NCBI GenBank assembly: GCA_002269645.1
Contig: NIVC01000237.1
Location: forward strand, 496,001 to 560,000
DNA length: 64,000 bases
Reading direction: 5' to 3'
Origin: Macrostomum lignano
Lineage: Eukaryota
Part shown: piece after piece, positions 58,468-64,000 of the stretch
Layout of the letters: every line of letters starts with the position of its first letter
Numbering within the stretch: position 1 is the first letter of the stretch
Notes under the pieces: model-generated
Told to the model about the DNA's origin: nothing
Seen by the model: the letters and a program-made list of their open reading frames with translations, nothing else
Database searches by the model: none
Program-made: the position numbers and the translations under genes

Positions 58468-61400
58468 ATGCTGCCGGTTGGTAGCGGAGGCGACAGCGGC
58501 TCCAAAGACGGCTCCAGCGGCGGCGGCAACGGCGAGCGTCTCTGGAGAACCACGGCCCAGTCAATAGACCCTGCTAGAGAGATGACAAAGAAGGTCACGT
58601 TTTCGGTGAGCAATTAAAGAATCGCCCTCCAAACCCCCTTGAGAATCGCCCTCCAACTCCCCTTAAAAATCGCCCTCCAAACCCCCTTGAGAATCGCCCT
58701 CCAACTCCCCTTAAGAATCGCCCTCCAAACCCCCTTGAGAATCGCTCTCCAAACCCCCTTGAGAATCGCCCTCCAAACCCCCTTGAGAATCGCCCTCCAA
58801 ACCCCCTTGAGAATCGCCCTCCAAACCCCCTTGAGAATCGCCCTCCAAACCCCCTTGAGAATCACCCTCCAAACCCCCTTGAGAATCGCCCTCCAAACCC
58901 CCTTGAGAATCGCCCTCCAAACCCCCTTGAGAATCGCCCTCCAAACCCCCTTGAGAATCGCCCTCCAAACCCCCCTTGAGAATAGCCTGTTTTACCTCCA
59001 TGAAAATCGCCCTCCAAACCCCCTTAAGAATCGCCCTCCAACTCCCCTTAAGAATCGCCCTCCAACTCCCCTTAAGAATCGCCCTCCAACTCCCCTTAAG
59101 AATCGCCCTCCAACTCCCCTTAAGAATCGCCCTCCAACTCCCCTTAAGAATCGCCCTCCAACTCCCCTTAAGAATCGCCCTCCAACTCCCCTTAAGAATC
59201 GCCCTCCAACTACCCTTGAGAATCGCCCTCCAACTCCCCTTAAGAATCGCCCTCCAAACCCCCTTGAGAATCGCCCTCCAACTCCCCTTGAGAATCGCCC
59301 TCCAACTCCCCTTAAGAATCGCCCTCCAAACCCCCTTGAGAATCGCCCTCCAACTCCCCTTAAGAATCGCCCTCCAAACCCCCTTGAGAATCGCCCTCCA
59401 ACTCCCCTTAAGAATCGCCCTCCAACTCCCCTTAAGAATCGCCCTCCAACTCCCCTTAAGAATCGCCCTCCAAACCCCCTTAAGAATCGCCCTCCAAACC
59501 CCCTTGAGAATCGCCCTCCAAACCCCCTTGAGAATCGCCCTCCAAACCCCCTTGAGAATCGCCCTCCAAACCCCCTTGAGAATCGCCCTCCAAACCCCCC
59601 TTGAGAATAGCCTGTTTTACCTCCATGAAAATCGCCCTCCAAACCCCCTTAAGAATCGCCCTCCAACTCCCCTTAAGAATCGCCCTCCAACTCCCCTTAA
59701 GAATCGCCCTCCAACTCCCCTTAAGAATCGCCCTCCAACTCCCCTTAAGAATCGCCCTCCAACTCCCCTTAAGAATCGCCCTCCAACTCCCCTTAAGAAT
59801 CGCCCTCCAACTCCCCTTAAGAATCGCCCTCCAACTACCCTTGAGAATCGCCCTCCAACTCCCCTTAAGAATCGCCCTCCAAACCCCCTTGAGAATCGCC
59901 CTCCAACTCCCCTTGAGAATCGCCCTCCAACTCCCCTTAAGAATCGCCCTCCAAACCCCCTTGAGAATCGCCCTCCAACTCCCCTTAAGAATCGCCCTCC
60001 AAACCCCCTTGAGAATCGCCCTCCAACTCCCCTTAAGAATCGCCCTCCAACTCCCCTTAAGAATCGCCCTCCAACTCCCCTTAAGAATCGCCCTCCAAAC
60101 CCCCTTAAGAATCGCCCTCCAAACCCCCTTGAGAATCGCCCTCCAAACCCCCTTGAGAATCGCCCTCCAAACCCCCTTGAGAATCGCCCTCCAAACCCCC
60201 TTGAGAATCGCCCTCCAAACCCCCCTTGAGAATCGCCTGTTTTACCTCCATGAAAATCGCCCTCCAAACCCCCTTGAGAATCGCCCTCCAAACCCCCTTG
60301 AGAATCGCCCTCCAAACCCCCTTGAGAATCGCCCTCCAAACCCCCTTGAGAATCGCCCTCCAAACCCCCTTGAGAATCGCCCTCCAAACCCCCTTGAGAA
60401 TCGCCCTCCAAACCCCCTTGAGAATCGCCCTCCAACTCCCCTTAAGAATCGCCCTCCAAACCCCCTTGAGAATCGCCCTCCAACTCCCCTTAAGAATCGC
60501 CCTCCAACTCCCCTTAAGAATCGCCCTCCAAACCCCCTTGAGAATCGCCCTCCAACTCCCCTTAAGAATCGCCCTCCAAACCCCCTTGAGAATCGCCCTC
60601 CAACTCCCCTTAAGAATCGCCCTCCAACTCCCCTTAAGAATCGCCCTCCAACTCCCCTTAAGAATCGCCCTCCAAACCCCCTTAAGAATCGCCCTCCAAA
60701 CCCCCTTGAGAATCGCCCTCCAAACCCCCTTGAGAATCGCCCTCCAAACCCCCTTGAGAATCGCCCTCCAAACCCCCTTGAGAATCGCCCTCCAACTCCC
60801 CTTAAGAATCGCCCTCCAAACCCCCTTGAGAATCGCCCTCCAAACCCCCCTTGAGAATCGCCTGTTTTACCTCCATGAAAATCGCCCTCCAAACCCCCTT
60901 AAGAATCGCCCTCCAATTCCCCTTAAGAATCGCCCTCCAACTCCCCTTAAGAATCGCCCTCCAACTCTCCTTAAGAAATTACGCTCTCCAACTCCCCTTA
61001 AGAATCGCCCTCCAACTCTCCTTAAGAAATTACGCTCTCCAACTCCCCTTAAGAATCGCCCTCCAACTCTCCTTAAGAAATTACGCTCTCCAACTCCCCT
61101 TAAGAATCGCCCTCCAAACCCCCTTAAGAATCGCCCTCCAATTCCCCTTAAGAATCGCCCTCCAACTCCCCTTAAGAATCGCCCTCCAACTCTCCTTAAG
61201 AAATTACGCTCTCCAACTCCCCTTAAGAATCGCCCTCCAACTCTCCTTAAGAAATTACGCTCTCCAACTCCCCTTAAGAATCGCCCTCCAACTCTCCTTA
61301 AGAAATTACGCTCTCCAACTCCCCTTAAGAATCGCCCTCCAACTCTCCTTAAGAATCGCCCTCCAACACCCCCTTGTGAATCACTGAACCAACTCGTACT

Positions 61401-63501
61401 CAATTATCATGAACCCCACAGCACGAAAGCCAGACTCCAACATCATCGGACAACCTGTACTTTATATTCAATTTCTTCGAGACCATCACTCCGCCTCCGA
61501 GCTTTCGCACCTTTAAAGAGGGTTTTCAGCACGTGTCCAAAGTGATGGAGCTGCATCCGCAGTTTCTCAACGGGCTGCTGCTAAAAAATGTCGAGCCGTT
61601 CGGTTTGTGAAAAAAATTAAAACTACCTGATGATATTGGCCTGTAACTAGAGGCTGCTATCAGATTCTTAGAATCACCGTCCACTTTCTAGAATCACTCT
61701 CTAATTCCAAGAATCATTCTTCGATTTCTAGAAACACTGTCTAAATCTTAAAAAAGCTCTTCGATTCCTAGAATCCCTATCTAATTCTTAGAATCACTCT
61801 CTAAATCCTAGAATGGCTCTCCGATTCCTAGAATCCCTATCTAATTCTTAGAATCACTCTCTAAATCCTAGAATGGCTCTCCGATTCCTAGAATCCCTAT
61901 CTAATTCTTAGAATCACTCTCTAAATCCTAGAATGGCTCTCCGATTCCTAGAATCCCTATCTAATTCTTAGAATCACTCTCTAATTCCTAGAATCACTTT
62001 GCAATTCCTAGAATCACTCTCCAATTCCTAGAATCACTTTGCAATTCCTAGAATCACTCTCCAATTCCTAGAATCACTCTCCTATTCCTAGAATCACTCT
62101 CCAATTCCTAGAATCACTCTCCAATTCCTAGAATCACTTTGCAATTCCTAGAATCACTCTCCAATTCCTAGAATCACTCTCCAATTCCTAGAATCACTCT
62201 CCAATTCCTAGAATCACTCGCTAATTCTTGGAATCACTCCCCAATTCCTAGAATCACTCGCTAATGCCTGGAATCACTCCCCAATTCCTAGAATCACTCT
62301 CTAATTCCTGGAATCACTCCCCAATTCCTAGAATCACTCGCTAATTCCTGGAATCACTCCCTAATTCCTAGAATCACTCTCTAAATCCTAGAATAGCTTT
62401 TAGATTCCTAGAATCCCTATCTAATTCCTAGAATCACTCTCAAGTTCCTAGAATCACTCTCCAATTCCTAGAATCACTCACCACTTCCTAGAGTCACTCT
62501 CTAATCCCTGGAATCACTCTCCAATTCCTAGAATCACTCTCCAGTTTATATTTTTTGGTAATCAAGCACCCTTTATTTCGCCAAGACCCGGCCATCTCTT
62601 CATCTCACTCCCCAGACCGATTTCCCTACCTGAGCTACTCGGTTTTTTACGTGCAGCCGCCGACCAGCAACTTCATTCACGACCCGACCTGGGTGAAGGT
62701 GATTCGGGAGGGTCACGGTGACAACCAGGTGCATCATCAAGGTGAGCGATTTTCTTACATGCATGTGTAAATATTGGATGGCCAACAGTCACTCTATAGA
62801 CACTCCAATAATCACTCCATAGACACCCCAATAATCACTCCATAGACACCCCAAAAATCACTCCATAGGCACCTCAATAATCACTCCATAGACACCCCAA
62901 TAATCACTCCAAAGACACCCCGAAAATCACTCCATAGGCACCCCAAGAATGACTCCATAGAACCCCAATAATCGCTCTCCGGACACCCAAAAAATCTCAT
63001 GGCTTCCTCGTCTCCTGAACAGCCCAAGCTTGGTCTCATTCCATCAATGCACCACCCGAATGCTCAGGCGGCTTCAGCGAGCTGCACACCATCTGGATGG
63101 ACCCGAACGATTCCGGCGCTTCCAACCGCTGCCGACGCCCGTTGTCGCCAGCCTCGGCCTACATCGTTGTCAGCTGCCGGTTGCTAGGCAACGCCAAACA
63201 ACTCGAAGCCAACTGGCGCCAATGGAGCGGCGCCGAGTTCATCCTGCGCAGCCTGCAGCCGCGCCAGCTGTCCAGCCTGAGGCGCATCAGCTTCTACCGC
63301 CGGGCCGTGTCCCGCTGCTCCTTCACGCACATCCTGCTGGCCGAGTTCACCGACTGCGCCGAGATCTACCGGCTCAGAAACTTCGTGGCTCTCATCAATG
63401 CCAGGCATTGTGGAGTGGCCGGCCTGTACACAGTCGAGTCACAGTTCTGCTCTCCTCAGCTCGCCGAAGATGATCAGCAGGAGCTTCTGGATCAGAACTG
63501 A
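58468..63501 (+). CDS. Uncharacterised conserved-looking protein, 4 exons, ~292 aa (possibly a two-domain alpha/beta barrel, DUF7153-like; family recalled, unverified)
   Basis: Exons 58468-58605, 61422-61602, 62616-62741 (alternative acceptor 62586), 63068-63501 (879 nt, phases compatible). Segments LYFIFNFFE...FPYLSYSVFY...HQGGFSELHTIW...AYIVVSCRLL...LEANWRQWSGAEFIL...LRRISFYRR...HILLAEF. Confidence 0.75.
58617..61375. repeat. 24-bp minisatellite with a 625-bp higher-order repeat
   Basis: gagaatcgccctccaaaccccctt monomer; marker variant ...gcctgttttacctccatgaaaatc recurs at ~58976, 59601, 60226 and 60851. Confidence 0.97.
61660..62545. repeat. 20-bp minisatellite (ctagaatcactctccaattc)
   Basis: Read directly. 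Confidence 0.95.
62790..62990. repeat. 23-bp minisatellite (cactccatagacaccccaataat)
   Basis: Read directly. Confidence 0.9.
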
Positions 63502-64000
63502 TTTACATTATCAGCTATAGTTATGTAGTGTGTCACCGATGGTACATGTAATTTTGAATATTTAATGGTAGTTATTCCTACAAAACGTTATATACGAGTA
63601 CAGAAGATGCATCTGACTTTTCTCGTTTGTTACGGCGCAGGGATATCCTAATGGATAACTCTACTTACAAAAATTTCTATATGCTACTCTCTGTACTTTA
63701 TTATACTTTGTGCGCTCTTTTATTGTATCGCAGAATTATGACTCGTTTTTTGCGACAGAGTCAGAGCGGTTGCGAAAAAGCTGGCAGTGGCCGAGAAAGC
63801 AGATCCCAATTAACCCCAACGAAGTGGAAGGGAAGGAGTAAAAGCAGGAAAGCAGAGTTAGGTGGATGCTGTCTGCAGCTGCAAAGCCAAGAAAGAAGTG
63901 GAGCGCTGGCGGCGCAACAGGGTAAAGCTGACAGAAAAGTAGCGGAGAACAGCGTCCGATCTTCAGCCTCCAAAGGCCCGAATGTCCGAGTCTGACAAGC

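Noticed and set aside
58614-61545. Long ORFs (up to 439 aa) in both orientations
   Set aside because: They result from a stop-free 24-bp repeat unit; they lie inside a GT-AG intron and translate to pure periodic text.
63627-64000. Short ORFs at the right edge
   Set aside because: Truncated by the window, no motif and no clear splice support.

Overview
Eukaryotic (metazoan) genomic DNA with spliced GT-AG genes, GC-rich downstream exons and very many intronic mini- and microsatellites. An invertebrate, plausibly a Macrostomum-like flatworm, is my inference only. Gene models were built by hand with splice phases checked. They are: an intronless class A GPCR (-, 5316-6986, with a 5'UTR intron); a 7-exon Cys-rich secreted, possibly GPI-anchored protein (+, 12002-16244); a TR2/TR4 (NR2C)-type nuclear receptor (-, 30605-20053) with an antisense intronic tRNA-Ala(CGC); 10-formyltetrahydrofolate dehydrogenase ALDH1L (-, 47362-39668) head-to-head with TTC12 (+, 51884-56796); and a 4-exon uncharacterised gene (+, 58468-63501). 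There are also unresolved exon-like fragments at ~200-3870. Mobile DNA: two copies of a tRNA-derived CORE-type SINE and a 2.86-kb TIR element with a 7-bp target-site duplication between ALDH1L and TTC12. The most notable patterns are four. Nearly every longer intron carries its own private minisatellite. Nuclear-receptor half-sites (RGGTCA) recur in arrays in and next to the NR2C gene, and as a tandem DR4 array in TTC12. An AT-rich, array-free domain surrounds the divergent promoter. One array has a 625-bp higher-order repeat. No CRISPR or prokaryotic features are supported.
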